Below are positions 1 through 9,753 of a DNA stretch of 64,000 bases, piece by piece. A model generated the notes under the pieces. That model saw nothing but the letters and a program-made list of their open reading frames with translations, did not search any database and had not been told where the DNA came from. Source of the DNA: an uncultured Bdellovibrio sp. (GTDB lineage Bacteria; Bdellovibrionota; Bdellovibrionia; Bdellovibrionales; Bdellovibrionaceae); contig CAWVRN010000004.1 of the NCBI GenBank assembly GCA_963932905.1, forward strand, positions 1-64,000, in the 5' to 3' direction. A program made the position numbers and the translations under genes. Every line of letters starts with the position of its first letter. Position 1 is the stretch's first letter.

Positions 1-450
1 TATTGCTCTCAGTGCAGGAAGTATTTCTCGTCAGCCACGTTTGGAGATTGTTTCACGCAAAAGAAGCGACACATGAACTCTAAGATAGCCCGTCTTCTTG
101 CCTTATGGCCGAAGAAGAGACTCGACGTATTTTAGGGTATAACGTGGCTCGCATGCCATAAATATATCAATAGGCATTTTCCAAAAGCAGGTCACATAAA
201 ATATAAAGGTCGAGCAAGCGCCATCGTGGGTCAGGGTGAGTTGAAGAAGGTTGGGTTTGACCCGTTGTTTGCGATTAACCATACGTGCGCGACTTTAAGA
301 GCTAGGACTTGTAGATTGATCCGAAGAACTTGGTGTACTACGAAGAAGCCGGAAATGCTTAATTTACATTTGGCGATAGTGTGTCTTCATCATAATTTGA
401 ATTTAAAGAAATTAAATCGCCCCTTAGCTGCACGCTAAGGGGCCAGTTCT
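1..450 (+). mobile_element. Degenerate IS1-like transposase remnant with right terminal inverted repeat (runs off window start)
   Basis: Frame 1 reads YCSQCRKYFSSATF (Zn-ribbon-like), TAG at 133-135, then in the same frame HFPKAGH..GQGELKKVGFDPLFAINHTCATLRARTCRLIRRTWCTTKK, similar to the IS1-family C-terminal 'LRxRxxRLxRRTxCxxK' motif. The central catalytic region appears deleted. Ends in GCCCCTTAGC-TGCAC-GCTAAGGGGC-CAGTTCT, shared with the MITEs at 43.5 and 51.9 kb. Confidence 0.7.
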
Positions 451-1887
451 TTATTGATTGGTTGTTGCAGGAGCTTGCTCAGCCGCGGGCGCTGGTGCTG
501 CGCTGGCTGTTTGCGATGGCTTGATAATGATATCTACACGACGATTCATTTCACGACCTGCTTTACTTTTATTAGTCGCAATTGGTTTTTCAAAACCATA
601 ACCAACAGCCTCTACTTTATCTGAAGCCACCGACTTGTCGGCCACGAAAAAGTCCGCAACTGCCGAGGCGCGCTCAGACGACAACTTTTTATTTGCCTCT
701 GCTTTACCAGTTGAATCCGTATGACCTTCCACTACGATTTCTTCTGAATCCAATTGACCGATAACACCTTTAACTTTGTTCAACACACCCATCGAAGCCG
801 CTGGCAGATCTGAACGCCCCGGAGAGAACTTCATTGATTTCAGACGAATGATCATATTGTCACCTTGTCTGTATACGTCAGCTTCATTCGGCTTGAATTC
901 AGCGCGTGCCTGTTCAAAAACTTGATTGAACTTTTCACGAGCTTCCAATTTTGCTTTTTCATCTTCAACAGCACCGAACTGAGCGCGCTGCTGAGCCAAC
1001 TGTTGTTCACGAGCTTTCACCTGAGCTTGAGTCTCTGCCACTTGCGCAGCTGTCGCCGCATTCATCGCCGCTGACTGATCCAACATCTTGTTTCTATTTT
1101 CAATTTCGCTAGCGATTTGCTCAGGAGTACGTTTTTTGTTTTCTTTTGCTGTTTGCAATAGAGTCATTGTACGTTGTGCACTTGAAAGCGCAGCACCGGA
1201 TGCCGCATTAACTGCATTTGTATCATGACGATCTGTTTCAATTACTTTAATCGCAATTTCATATTTTTCTTGAGACTCTTTTAGAGCATTGGGCACGGCG
1301 TATTTGGCACCTTGTTTTTCCGCATTCTCAATAAGATTTTTTGATTCACCTAGTTTTACATCTTTGATGCTTTTCAGTTCAAGATCTAAATAATCTTGTT
1401 GCAGTTTCGTTAAACCACTTCGATCAATTTTTTTACCGGCCTCAATTTTATGAGTGTAGTCTTTCAAATTGCTATCTAAGCTAACACGGTCTTTATGATA
1501 TTTAGCGGCACCCGCGGCCATGGCTAGTTCACGCGCTTTGATTACGTCAGCTAACTGTTCGCGAGATTGTTGTGATGCAGATTGTGCGCGATCCAAATAG
1601 GCGCGGCCATAACCAACGGATTCAAGAATTTTTTCACCTTTTTTACCTTTTGCCCGGCGCTCTTGAGCCTCTTTCATACTTTTTTCAGCGCTTTTAAAAT
1701 TTTCAGGGGATAGAACGTCGATATTTTGATTTCTAGCTGCATCCACAGCGGCGGTCAAATTATCCACTTCCACACTTGGATTAGCTGTCATTGGAATTTC
1801 AGCTGGTTTAATATCATGAGCACACGCGCCTATCATGAGTGATAAAGTCGCCGCTGCAATTAATTGAGACATTCGTTTAGATGCCAT
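451..1887 (-). CDS. OmpA-family lipoprotein with long helical/coiled-coil N-terminus
   Basis: Lipobox-like MIGAC; C-terminal OmpA-like motifs EGHTDSTG..N..LS..RA and GREMNRRVDI. Confidence 0.9.
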   Translation of the reverse strand: MASKRMSQLIAAATLSLMIGACAHDIKPAEIPMTANPSVEVDNLTAAVDAARNQNIDVLSPENFKSAEKSMKEAQERRAKGKKGEKILESVGYGRAYLDRAQSASQQSREQLADVIKARELAMAAGAAKYHKDRVSLDSNLKDYTHKIEAGKKIDRSGLTKLQQDYLDLELKSIKDVKLGESKNLIENAEKQGAKYAVPNALKESQEKYEIAIKVIETDRHDTNAVNAASGAALSSAQRTMTLLQTAKENKKRTPEQIASEIENRNKMLDQSAAMNAATAAQVAETQAQVKAREQQLAQQRAQFGAVEDEKAKLEAREKFNQVFEQARAEFKPNEADVYRQGDNMIIRLKSMKFSPGRSDLPAASMGVLNKVKGVIGQLDSEEIVVEGHTDSTGKAEANKKLSSERASAVADFFVADKSVASDKVEAVGYGFEKPIATNKSKAGREMNRRVDIIIKPSQTASAAPAPAAEQAPATTNQ

Positions 1888-1938
1888 AGATCCCCCTTAG
1901 AAGATTTATTTGTTAGTGGTTGTCATTTGACTGAAGAG

Positions 1939-1954
1939 AGCAAAACTGGTGCCC
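1939..1954 (-). promoter_or_regulatory. Putative sigma54 promoter of the OmpA-family gene
   Basis: Minus strand GGGCAC-CAGTT-TTGCT matches -24/-12 consensus TGGCAC-N5-TTGCW. Confidence 0.6.
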
Positions 1955-2063
1955 CAATTTATTTTTTTCTAATGGTATACATAAGAAATGAAATTAAATT
2001 TCAAGAATAGGACGAGGCGAAATGCCCACTTTAAGGAACTTTGCCTGATTTGAAAAATGCCAT

Positions 2064-3023
2064 TTAATGATTTGGCTTAGGTGTCAGCGGCATCGGCGTA
2101 CCAATGCCAACCAGCGCTCCACACGCAGCACCTACAAAGATGCCTAAGGACACACCCACAAGTAGTACCGCCGCATGATTAATTCCCTCTGAAGAATTCA
2201 CTAGTCCTGGCAATGGAATGATTTGCATACTTACCAGGGATGCCAAGAAAAAGAAAAGGACAGCACCAATCGTGGCGCCAATGACACTGCCACTGGCGAC
2301 AGAAGTTCTGCGACGTTTAATAAATGTACGATCTGAGCCAACCCAACGCTGGCGGAAATAAAATGGTAAACTTTGAAAATTCTCTTTGGACATTTTTCTA
2401 ACGGGCTGATGTTTTTCAGCTTTGACCAATTCAGCATGCACGAACGACCAGTTCACTAGTTGCCAAATGTTTTCAACGTATTCTTTTCGTTTGCTTTGAT
2501 AATCCAAATAGTACGCATGTTCCCACAAATCCACAACAAATATAGGGGTATAACCGGAGGCCATTGGATTTTCGTCATTTTTTCCGACCATTATTTCCAA
2601 GGTGTTGTTTTTAGTCAGAACTAACCACAACCATCCTGAACCAAACAATTCCAAAGCCTTTAAATTGAATTGTTCCTGAAATGCTTCAATCGAACCGAAA
2701 TTTTCACAAATACGCTGAGCCAAATAATCTGAAGGTCGCATGTTTCTGGCCGGTGTTAAGCAATTCCAGAAAAAAGTATGATTCCAAGCTTGATCTGCGT
2801 TGTTAAATATTCTGACTTCATGGTCCCATTGAATTTTTTTACCCGACCTCAAAACAATATCTTTTAGTGATAGATCTTCATAAATCGTATCGGGAATAAG
2901 ATCATTCAGTTTGGCCACGTAGCCTTTATAATGTTGCTCATAATGCGTTCGTAATGCTTCTTCCGAGATTACTGGTTCCAGCGCACTAGTGTTGTATGGC
3001 AAGGGGGTTATTTGTATAGCCAT
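2064..3023 (-). CDS. Fe/Mn superoxide dismutase with C-terminal membrane (glycine-zipper-like) extension
   Basis: LPY..ALEP, HYEQH, WNHTFFW, FGSGWLWL, DLWEHAYY motifs; AAGGAG RBS before ATG 3023; ~115 extra residues with two hydrophobic GxxxG helices. Confidence 0.9.
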   Translation of the reverse strand: MAIQITPLPYNTSALEPVISEEALRTHYEQHYKGYVAKLNDLIPDTIYEDLSLKDIVLRSGKKIQWDHEVRIFNNADQAWNHTFFWNCLTPARNMRPSDYLAQRICENFGSIEAFQEQFNLKALELFGSGWLWLVLTKNNTLEIMVGKNDENPMASGYTPIFVVDLWEHAYYLDYQSKRKEYVENIWQLVNWSFVHAELVKAEKHQPVRKMSKENFQSLPFYFRQRWVGSDRTFIKRRRTSVASGSVIGATIGAVLFFFLASLVSMQIIPLPGLVNSSEGINHAAVLLVGVSLGIFVGAACGALVGIGTPMPLTPKPNH

Positions 3024-3786
3024 CTGCAAACTCCTTGAAGCTTAATGATTGATAATTAATAAATGTATCTATTAGGGCATTAAACTTTTCTGGTTGTTCT
3101 CGGTTAACTAAATGACCGGCATCGGCCACTTTAGCAAATTGACAGTTGGTGATTCGTCTTGCCATCGAGTGATTGACACCCCAACTAGTGATCCTATCAT
3201 CGGCTCCAACAATGACCATAGTAGGACAACTGATCTCTTTTAAAATGGGCGTGCTATCTTTTCTAGATGCCATAGCACCAATCACCATCATAACGTCTTC
3301 GATGTCGTTAGATAAGATCATATTCTGAACTGTTTTTTTGAGTTCCTTTTTTTCTTCAGATCTTACGTCAGACAAAACTAACTTTGAAAAGTCATCGGCA
3401 AAATTTTCAAGACCTTCGCTACGGATTTTTTCCAAAGTTTTAAACCGTTGATCTTTCACATCGTTGCTGTCCGCATCGGCACGCGAGCCGACAAGTATTA
3501 ACGATTCAACCAGGTGTGGATATTTATGAATAAATTCTAAGGCGACGTAGCCACCCATCGAATGTCCACACAGAATGACCTTTTCGACTCTAGCTTTCAC
3601 TAAAAGTTCATGAAGATCATCGACGAAATCTAAAATCATCCAGGGCGCATTTCCTTTGGGTCCGCTGCCATGACCGCGTAAATCTGGAGCCAAAACAATT
3701 CTCTTGTTTTGGAAGAATTCAATCTGTGGCTTCCAAAGCGAACCGTTAAAAGGAAATCCATGTAAAAATAAAATAGGTGTATTCAT
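2986..3786 (-). CDS. Alpha/beta-fold hydrolase
   Basis: LHGFP, DLRGHG, nucleophile elbow GHSMGG, catalytic His in AGHL; start chosen at ATG 3786 after a GAGG RBS. Confidence 0.9.
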   Translation of the reverse strand: MNTPILFLHGFPFNGSLWKPQIEFFQNKRIVLAPDLRGHGSGPKGNAPWMILDFVDDLHELLVKARVEKVILCGHSMGGYVALEFIHKYPHLVESLILVGSRADADSNDVKDQRFKTLEKIRSEGLENFADDFSKLVLSDVRSEEKKELKKTVQNMILSNDIEDVMMVIGAMASRKDSTPILKEISCPTMVIVGADDRITSWGVNHSMARRITNCQFAKVADAGHLVNREQPEKFNALIDTFINYQSLSFKEFADGYTNNPLAIQH

Positions 3787-3806
3787 ATGTCCTCGCACCT
3801 CATTGA

Positions 3807-3822
3807 GGCAACCTATGTGCCA
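3807..3822 (-). promoter_or_regulatory. Putative sigma54 promoter of the hydrolase-SOD operon
   Basis: Minus strand TGGCAC-ATAGG-TTGCC, near-perfect -24/-12 consensus. Confidence 0.7.
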
Positions 3823-3854
3823 CGGCGTACAAAATCTGAGCGAGGATAGATAAG

Positions 3855-3892
3855 AAAGAAACTCCCTATTTACCCCGAAGGGCTAGGGAGTT
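3855..3892 (-). terminator. Rho-independent terminator after the DoxX gene
   Basis: AACTCCCTA...TAGGGAGTT stem followed by TTCTTT on the minus strand. Confidence 0.6.
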
Positions 3893-3942
3893 ATGCAACA
3901 TTTTATTCGGCATCAAAAATGTGAACTAACAATAAAAATAGA

Positions 3943-4326
3943 TCATTTTTGTTTCGGTTTCAGCAGCGGTTGATATACGTTTCGGTAGCTTCGAGCCGCA
4001 AGCAGATGCAATACGATCATTGCAATTGGCATAATCAAATTTGATATTCCTGGGGTCATCACCGCGTGAAAGAGGAAAATTTGAATTGTAATCGGCGCTA
4101 AAATAATTAAGGCGAGCGGTGCAAAAAATCCCGCCAACACCAAAGCCCCACACACTGTCTCCGTTATTTTTAAAAATGGAAAGAAGTATCCTGTCGACAT
4201 TAGCCCAGTCATAAACGGAGCAATGGATGCATCTGGCGGGGGCGGAGTTATAAAGAAAAAACTTAATCCAAAAACAAAATAAATAAGACCGATAATATAT
4301 TTTGATACCATTGAAACTTTATCCAC
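3943..4326 (-). CDS. DoxX-family membrane protein
   Basis: Four hydrophobic helices; GYFFPFLKITE..CGALVL..LALIILAPI pattern. Confidence 0.75.
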   Translation of the reverse strand: MDKVSMVSKYIIGLIYFVFGLSFFFITPPPPDASIAPFMTGLMSTGYFFPFLKITETVCGALVLAGFFAPLALIILAPITIQIFLFHAVMTPGISNLIMPIAMIVLHLLAARSYRNVYQPLLKPKQK

Positions 4327-4467
4327 AACAAGCCCCCTTTTTCCAAAATTATTTCACACTCCGCTTCATTTTCAACGAGTTTTTACGCGAATTGACACTG
4401 GTCCTGTTTGATAGTTCTGGACGAAGTAGAAAGTTAAACAGAGAATTTATATAGAGGAAATCCAAAC

Positions 4468-5472
4468 ATGAATAGATTTTTAATCTTGCTATCGGTAGTA
4501 AGCATTTGTCTTGCGTTTAACTCAGCTCACGCTCAGCCATTATTCAACCAACCACAATGGGAAAAAGTCACTATCCCAGAAGCTAAATGTGGCCGTGGTG
4601 CCGATTACACAATCTTTATCAGAAAACACTCAACATCGAAACTATTGGTCGAATTTATGGGTGGAGGGGCATGCTGGAATAAAAAAACCTGCGTAACTTT
4701 GCCTATCACTTGGGTTTATCCAATGGTTGAGCTTCCCTCATTCAGCGTTTTAACATCGGAAACAAACCAAACGAATCCATTTCCGGAACACACAAACGTA
4801 TACCTTCCCTACTGTACAGGCGACGTATTTACTGGTGATCGAGTCAGCATCTATGAGGGGATGACTATATATCACTATGGTTACCGCAACGTTTTGCTTA
4901 CACTTAAATATTTAAAAGAAAAAAATATCATCGCATTTGATCAAGTGAATGACCTTGTGGTTTGGGGTGCATCTGCCGGTGCTATCGGTGCATTAACTCA
5001 CGCTAAAAATGTGGCTGACTATGTTCCTGCGGATGCTAAGAAAACATTGATTTCAGATTCGCCGGGTTTACATTTTGGTCCCACATTTTGGAACAAGTTT
5101 GATACCGATGCCAAACGCGATTTCAAAACGGCATTCAATCAAATTCAATTGGACGTTGATTTCAACGACGGCTTCGTTGCTAAAAAAATCGGCCCGGTGC
5201 TGGACTACTACCGCGAATGGAATATCGGCTTCTTATACAGCCTACGCGATCGTATCATGTCATGGTTCTTCGGTGAAATTTCAAAGAAAGACCACGAAGC
5301 ATTACTACTAAGCTCAGAAGGTCTACCGGCGATAGCAAAAACAAAGCCCAATGTTCAAGTCTGGCTAAACGATTCCGACGTTCATCGCTTTCTATTAAAA
5401 ACAAAACCAAGCCAGATGCAATCCCTAGAAGGCCAAAAAGCCGTCGACTTTGCAGCCCAAGTCCACCAGTAG
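4468..5472 (+). CDS. Secreted pectinacetylesterase-family hydrolase
   Basis: Signal peptide; GGGACW, PYCTGD, GASAGA motifs. Confidence 0.8.
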   Translation: MNRFLILLSVVSICLAFNSAHAQPLFNQPQWEKVTIPEAKCGRGADYTIFIRKHSTSKLLVEFMGGGACWNKKTCVTLPITWVYPMVELPSFSVLTSETNQTNPFPEHTNVYLPYCTGDVFTGDRVSIYEGMTIYHYGYRNVLLTLKYLKEKNIIAFDQVNDLVVWGASAGAIGALTHAKNVADYVPADAKKTLISDSPGLHFGPTFWNKFDTDAKRDFKTAFNQIQLDVDFNDGFVAKKIGPVLDYYREWNIGFLYSLRDRIMSWFFGEISKKDHEALLLSSEGLPAIAKTKPNVQVWLNDSDVHRFLLKTKPSQMQSLEGQKAVDFAAQVHQ

Positions 5473-5487
5473 GTGCTAGGTCCTATT

Positions 5488-7206
5488 TTACTGCTTGAAA
5501 ATGGGGTAGCGGTTGTAGTGGTCGTCCCATGATGTGTGTTTTTGATAAAAGAAACGGAAACGTTTGTTTGGATCTTTGGCGAAGGCTTCGTCTTTTAGTT
5601 TTTCTTGAAACTCTGCCGCGACTTGTTTGCTCGATTCTAGCATTTGTTTCGCAACATCTTCCGCTACGTAGTCTTCCATGTATTCTTTGATTTCGAAAAA
5701 TCGGTTGAAAAAGCCCCAGTACAACAACGAATCCGGTGCTAACGGCTCCAGCAAGTGAACAACCATCATGGCGTTTCTTTGATCGATGGGAACAAAAAAC
5801 ATGTTTTTAGGAAGTTCTATTTTTTCTTCCTTCCATTCGCCCTCTACCGTCAATGTCTGACGACCTTCGAATGAACTTGCGGCCTGTTGGGCTTTGCTGG
5901 CACGGAAAACTTTGACTTTTTCAGGCAATGGCTTTTTCCATTTCAGATATGTCACGCCATGCACATCGAATTTTGATTTAATACTGTCCATTTCCGATGC
6001 CGGGATAAAATATCCTTGCTCGGCGGCAGTAACCGTCACAGAAGGTTGAATCTCTTCATAGAAAGGAACCTTCCACGTCTCTGGTTTATCTGTTTCATAC
6101 CGGATAACATCAGCGCCAGAAATTTTTGATTTACTGATGGTGTATTTATAACCACCAAAATCAATCATCGATGATTTTGGTGTGTGTTTGAATGATACAT
6201 CAATTTTCTTACCCGCAATGCTAACCTTGTCTAATTCACGAGCTTGTTTTGTCCACTCTGCCCCTTTTTGCTGAGCAATTTCTAGTGTGGAAAGAACAGT
6301 GTCGTAGTGAACTTTAACTCGAGTGGCGTAATCTTTCCAAGAATGTGATTCAACTAAAACGCCAATGCGGTTACGTACAAACCAGTAGCCATTGGCAAAT
6401 CGAGGCGGCGATACACCTCGTGAAAATCCCGAGGTAGGTTTATCTTCATTTTCAAAACTAGGGTAAAACGGCAAAGCTAATCGTCCGCGTGCTTTCATTT
6501 TTTCCATCAATTGATTTTCATAGTCTTTGCCTGCCTTGTGCAGTGGGCCCGAACCGTGATAGTCAGTAGGTGTTGTGATAATGCCAACTTCAGGTTGAAA
6601 GTGCGCGCCATCGGTTACGTGCAGATCTAAACTAATGATAGGATCTTGCTTATTCCATAGTTTATTTAAATCACGCATTTCGCTGGCTTCTGATTTTACA
6701 AAATCGCGATTCATATTGTAATTTTGAGCCGTCACTCGCCAGCCCATTTCCTCTGGCCCTATTTGATTCGGTCGATTCCATTTTCCAAATCGTTCGTGAC
6801 CGTCCAAATTTACGATTGGAATAAAAATAACCTTTAATCCTTTGAATGGGTCCGGAGTCAATTTTTTCTCCAAAACATTTTTCATCAATAAAAACACAGC
6901 GTCTTTGCCATCGATTTCACCTGCATGAATTCCCGCTTGTATCCAAACGACCGGTGCGTGGGCACTCGAACTATCGTCATGAATCTGCAGATACCACATC
7001 GTGCGACCTTCAGGAGTGATTCCATATGACTGACATTGAACGCGTTTAGAGTATTTTTTCGCAAAACCTTTACATAGTCGTTCAGTTTCATCAGCCCGGC
7101 CGGTTTTGCTCCACATAGATCGTTCAGCAATAGTAGTTAAATCCACGCCCGCAGAAAAAGACGACAGACCCATCAGCAGTATAAGAAAAAGTAGAATTAT
7201 TTTCAT
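5488..7206 (-). CDS. Secreted M14 zinc carboxypeptidase
   Basis: GIHAGE, NRDF, DLH motifs; signal peptide from ATG 7206 (MKIILLFL). Confidence 0.85.
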   Translation of the reverse strand: MKIILLFLILLMGLSSFSAGVDLTTIAERSMWSKTGRADETERLCKGFAKKYSKRVQCQSYGITPEGRTMWYLQIHDDSSSAHAPVVWIQAGIHAGEIDGKDAVFLLMKNVLEKKLTPDPFKGLKVIFIPIVNLDGHERFGKWNRPNQIGPEEMGWRVTAQNYNMNRDFVKSEASEMRDLNKLWNKQDPIISLDLHVTDGAHFQPEVGIITTPTDYHGSGPLHKAGKDYENQLMEKMKARGRLALPFYPSFENEDKPTSGFSRGVSPPRFANGYWFVRNRIGVLVESHSWKDYATRVKVHYDTVLSTLEIAQQKGAEWTKQARELDKVSIAGKKIDVSFKHTPKSSMIDFGGYKYTISKSKISGADVIRYETDKPETWKVPFYEEIQPSVTVTAAEQGYFIPASEMDSIKSKFDVHGVTYLKWKKPLPEKVKVFRASKAQQAASSFEGRQTLTVEGEWKEEKIELPKNMFFVPIDQRNAMMVVHLLEPLAPDSLLYWGFFNRFFEIKEYMEDYVAEDVAKQMLESSKQVAAEFQEKLKDEAFAKDPNKRFRFFYQKHTSWDDHYNRYPIFKQ

Positions 7207-7372
7207 CCTCTCACCGTAGTTAGGAATACTCCCGTGGTCAACAGGCCTGCCTGATCCCGCTTTTTGCCAAGGCGCTTCCATGAGTAGCGCCTTGATCTAA
7301 GTGGCTAATTTTTCACTACTTAGCCATACGAGGTACCTTTTCGTAGCCATAGAGACATATATTTAATACACA

Positions 7373-7410
7373 GTACTTTACATTACACAGTACCTAGCCT
7401 ACTGTAGTAG
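7373..7410 (+). promoter_or_regulatory. Putative PadR autoregulatory operators
   Basis: GTACT-N11-AGTAC (7373-7393) overlapped by GTACC-N11-AGTAG (7390-7410) just upstream of the PadR gene. Confidence 0.5.
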
Positions 7411-7427
7411 CTAAGAACGAGGGCAGC

Positions 7428-7739
7428 ATGAACGCACAATTTAAAAAAGGGGTTCTTGAACTCTGCGTACTTACGATGATCAGCCGCAAGGATTATTACG
7501 GGTACGAATTGGTTGAAGAAATCTCGAAGGTCCTAGAAATATCAGAAGGAACCCTCTACCCGATTCTAAGACGACTCACCGATGAAAAATATTTTGAGAC
7601 GTATCTTCAAGAATCGTCAGAAGGCCCGCCTAGAAAGTACTATCGCATCACGAAATTAGGCAAGGACTCGCAGAAGGATCTGCTTAAACAGTGGTCGGAA
7701 TTCAATAAGCAAATAGAAAAACTAATAGGTAAAGGTTAA
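7428..7739 (+). CDS. PadR-family transcriptional regulator
   Basis: QFKKGVLELCVL, YGYEL, EGTLYPILRRL, GPPRKYY. Confidence 0.95.
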   Translation: MNAQFKKGVLELCVLTMISRKDYYGYELVEEISKVLEISEGTLYPILRRLTDEKYFETYLQESSEGPPRKYYRITKLGKDSQKDLLKQWSEFNKQIEKLIGKG

Positions 7740-7749
7740 GGAACTGGGT

Positions 7750-8322
7750 ATGACAAAGAATGAATTTTTAAAAACACTGAAAGCCGAGCTAGAGACCAAT
7801 CAAATCCGAAATGTATCTGAAATTTTGCAGGACTATGAAGAGCATTTTAACCATGGTCAGTCTAAGGGAAAATCAGAAAGTGATATCGCGGAATCATTAG
7901 GCTCCCCGATCACGATTGCAAAGGCATACAAAACAGAAAACATGATTGCCGAAGTCAAGAATATTGAAAATGGTTTTCGTTGGGGATTGGCAATTAACGT
8001 GATCTTAAGACTGTTAATCTTGGCCCCATTTAATTTTATCGTGCTTTTCATACCGGGAATATTTATTTTTTCAATGATCATTGCCGGCTGGTCAGTCGCA
8101 ATTGCCTTGGGATCTGCGGGACTTGCAATTCTTTGGAGTATCCCCTCTATGCTTTCGATTTCATCAACAATTTGGATGGCAATAGCCGGAATTAGCAGCA
8201 CGATTGGGCTCATGGGACTGTGTTTAATTGGCATGATGATAATGTTCTTTTTATCAAAACACGTTGTTCTAGCTTTGATCAGCTATCTGCAATGGAATTT
8301 AAAATTCGTAATGGAGAAATAG
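7750..8322 (+). CDS. DUF1700/HAAS-domain membrane protein
   Basis: MTKNEFL..L...EILQDYEEHF..G...GKSE..I..SLGSP followed by TM helices; typical PadR neighbour. Confidence 0.85.
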   Translation: MTKNEFLKTLKAELETNQIRNVSEILQDYEEHFNHGQSKGKSESDIAESLGSPITIAKAYKTENMIAEVKNIENGFRWGLAINVILRLLILAPFNFIVLFIPGIFIFSMIIAGWSVAIALGSAGLAILWSIPSMLSISSTIWMAIAGISSTIGLMGLCLIGMMIMFFLSKHVVLALISYLQWNLKFVMEK

Positions 8323-8331
8323 GAGTTTACT

Positions 8332-9201
8332 ATGAGATCATACAATTTATTTACTCGATTTTTTGTAGCTGTCGTTTTCACAACAATCACCTCCCTTGCC
8401 CTGGCAGGATTTTCTGCCAAACAGGCCTATGATGCGGATCCAGAAATACTGGCAAAAATTGAAAAAAAATATGACATCCAAATCCGCATGACTGGAATGG
8501 GGGTGTCGATTTCTGACGACAACATGCGCGCTACCGTGCAAGACCGCTGGGAACTTTCGGTTCCCACAAAACGGTTGGTCATAAAATCATTCGGCGGCGA
8601 CATTTCGATGAAAAGCACGTCCGATAACAAAATCACTGTAATAGCTACGGGAACATTGAATAAAGACAAAAGCCCAAGATTGCTTGAGATAAACGAAACT
8701 TCAGAAGAAACTACCCTGGCAGAACCAGAAAACGCAGTAAAGAATTTAGAAATTCGAATGGAAATTCCCGCTTCTTTTGCGAAAGATTTAGAAATTATGT
8801 CGGTCAGTGGTGATGTATCATTAGAGAACTTGAAATTAAACTTGGCTGAACTAAAGACAGTGTCTGGTGAAATTACCGTAAACAAGATTGATCTTCCAAA
8901 CTTAAAAATTGAAACCGTTTCAGGTGACACTAAAGTTCATGATTCTAAAATAAAATCCGTGAAAGGAAAATCAGTCAGCGGGGAAATTGAAATTGAAAAC
9001 AAAGACTCAGCTGATACCAGTGTAAATTCAATTTCAGGCGACGTGAAATTGAAAATACCTACCACCACACAGTACGAATTCAAACTTAATTCGATTTCTG
9101 GTGACATAAAAAATCATCACAAAAGTAGCGGCGACAGAAAAAACACCGCAAAACTAAATGTCGAAGTTAATACCACTAGTGGAAATATCGAAATCGAATA
9201 A
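8332..9201 (+). CDS. DUF4097 beta-strand repeat protein
   Basis: Repeated (T/S)VSG(D/E)I motifs; N-terminal anchor; third gene of a PadR-DUF1700-DUF4097 operon. Confidence 0.85.
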   Translation: MRSYNLFTRFFVAVVFTTITSLALAGFSAKQAYDADPEILAKIEKKYDIQIRMTGMGVSISDDNMRATVQDRWELSVPTKRLVIKSFGGDISMKSTSDNKITVIATGTLNKDKSPRLLEINETSEETTLAEPENAVKNLEIRMEIPASFAKDLEIMSVSGDVSLENLKLNLAELKTVSGEITVNKIDLPNLKIETVSGDTKVHDSKIKSVKGKSVSGEIEIENKDSADTSVNSISGDVKLKIPTTTQYEFKLNSISGDIKNHHKSSGDRKNTAKLNVEVNTTSGNIEIE

Positions 9202-9205
9202 AAAA

Positions 9206-9469
9206 CTATTTTTTGATCAGATGCCAACCAAATGCCGTGCGGGTTGGCTTTGAAATTTGCCCTGGTTTTAACGATTCAAAAGCTTCCAAAAAATCGGGGT
9301 CTAATCGTTTTGAATCAACCTCACCTAAAAAACCGCCATTTTGACTACTGCCACAAATAGAAAATTTTTTTGCTAATTCTTCAAATGATTTTCCCGTATC
9401 CAACATACGCTGAATATCTTTTGCTTCATATTCATGTTTCACTAAAATGTGATAAGGCTTAACTTTCAT
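9206..9469 (-). CDS. ppiC: Parvulin-type peptidyl-prolyl isomerase
   Basis: HILVK, FEELAKKFS.C.S...GG.LG, T.FGWHLIK. Confidence 0.85.
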   Translation of the reverse strand: MKVKPYHILVKHEYEAKDIQRMLDTGKSFEELAKKFSICGSSQNGGFLGEVDSKRLDPDFLEAFESLKPGQISKPTRTAFGWHLIKK

Positions 9470-9718
9470 ACACGACAGTATTCACTCCGACTTAAACACT
9501 TGTCTATCATTTTTTAAAAAAATTGGCTTCAACTTAACCAAGCACTATGGACTACGACTGCGCGTTAGCAGGCCCGTGTTCAATAGCACGCCCAATTTTA
9601 ATTTGCATACGTCGGGTTTTACCCGAGACTCCCAAACCATAGTCCTAACTGCAAATTTCCAAGACCTCACTTTCCCAAAACGAGACATACAAACCTTCTA
9701 CTATTTCTTTTTAAAAAT

Positions 9719-9745
9719 TAAGATAGAATAATTGTCCGCCGATAA
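9719..9745 (+). promoter_or_regulatory. Putative sigma28 (FliA) promoter
   Basis: TAAG-N15-GCCGATAA, 8 nt upstream of ATG 9754. Confidence 0.75.
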
Positions 9746-9753
9746 TTATCCTG

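Noticed and set aside
7428..9201. PadR-DUF1700-DUF4097 operon as a novel system
   Set aside because: Widespread, previously described gene arrangement
9549..9645. tRNA or tRNA-Sec-like cloverleaf
   Set aside because: No T-loop TTCRA consensus and wrong arm and loop sizes; kept only as a generic structured candidate
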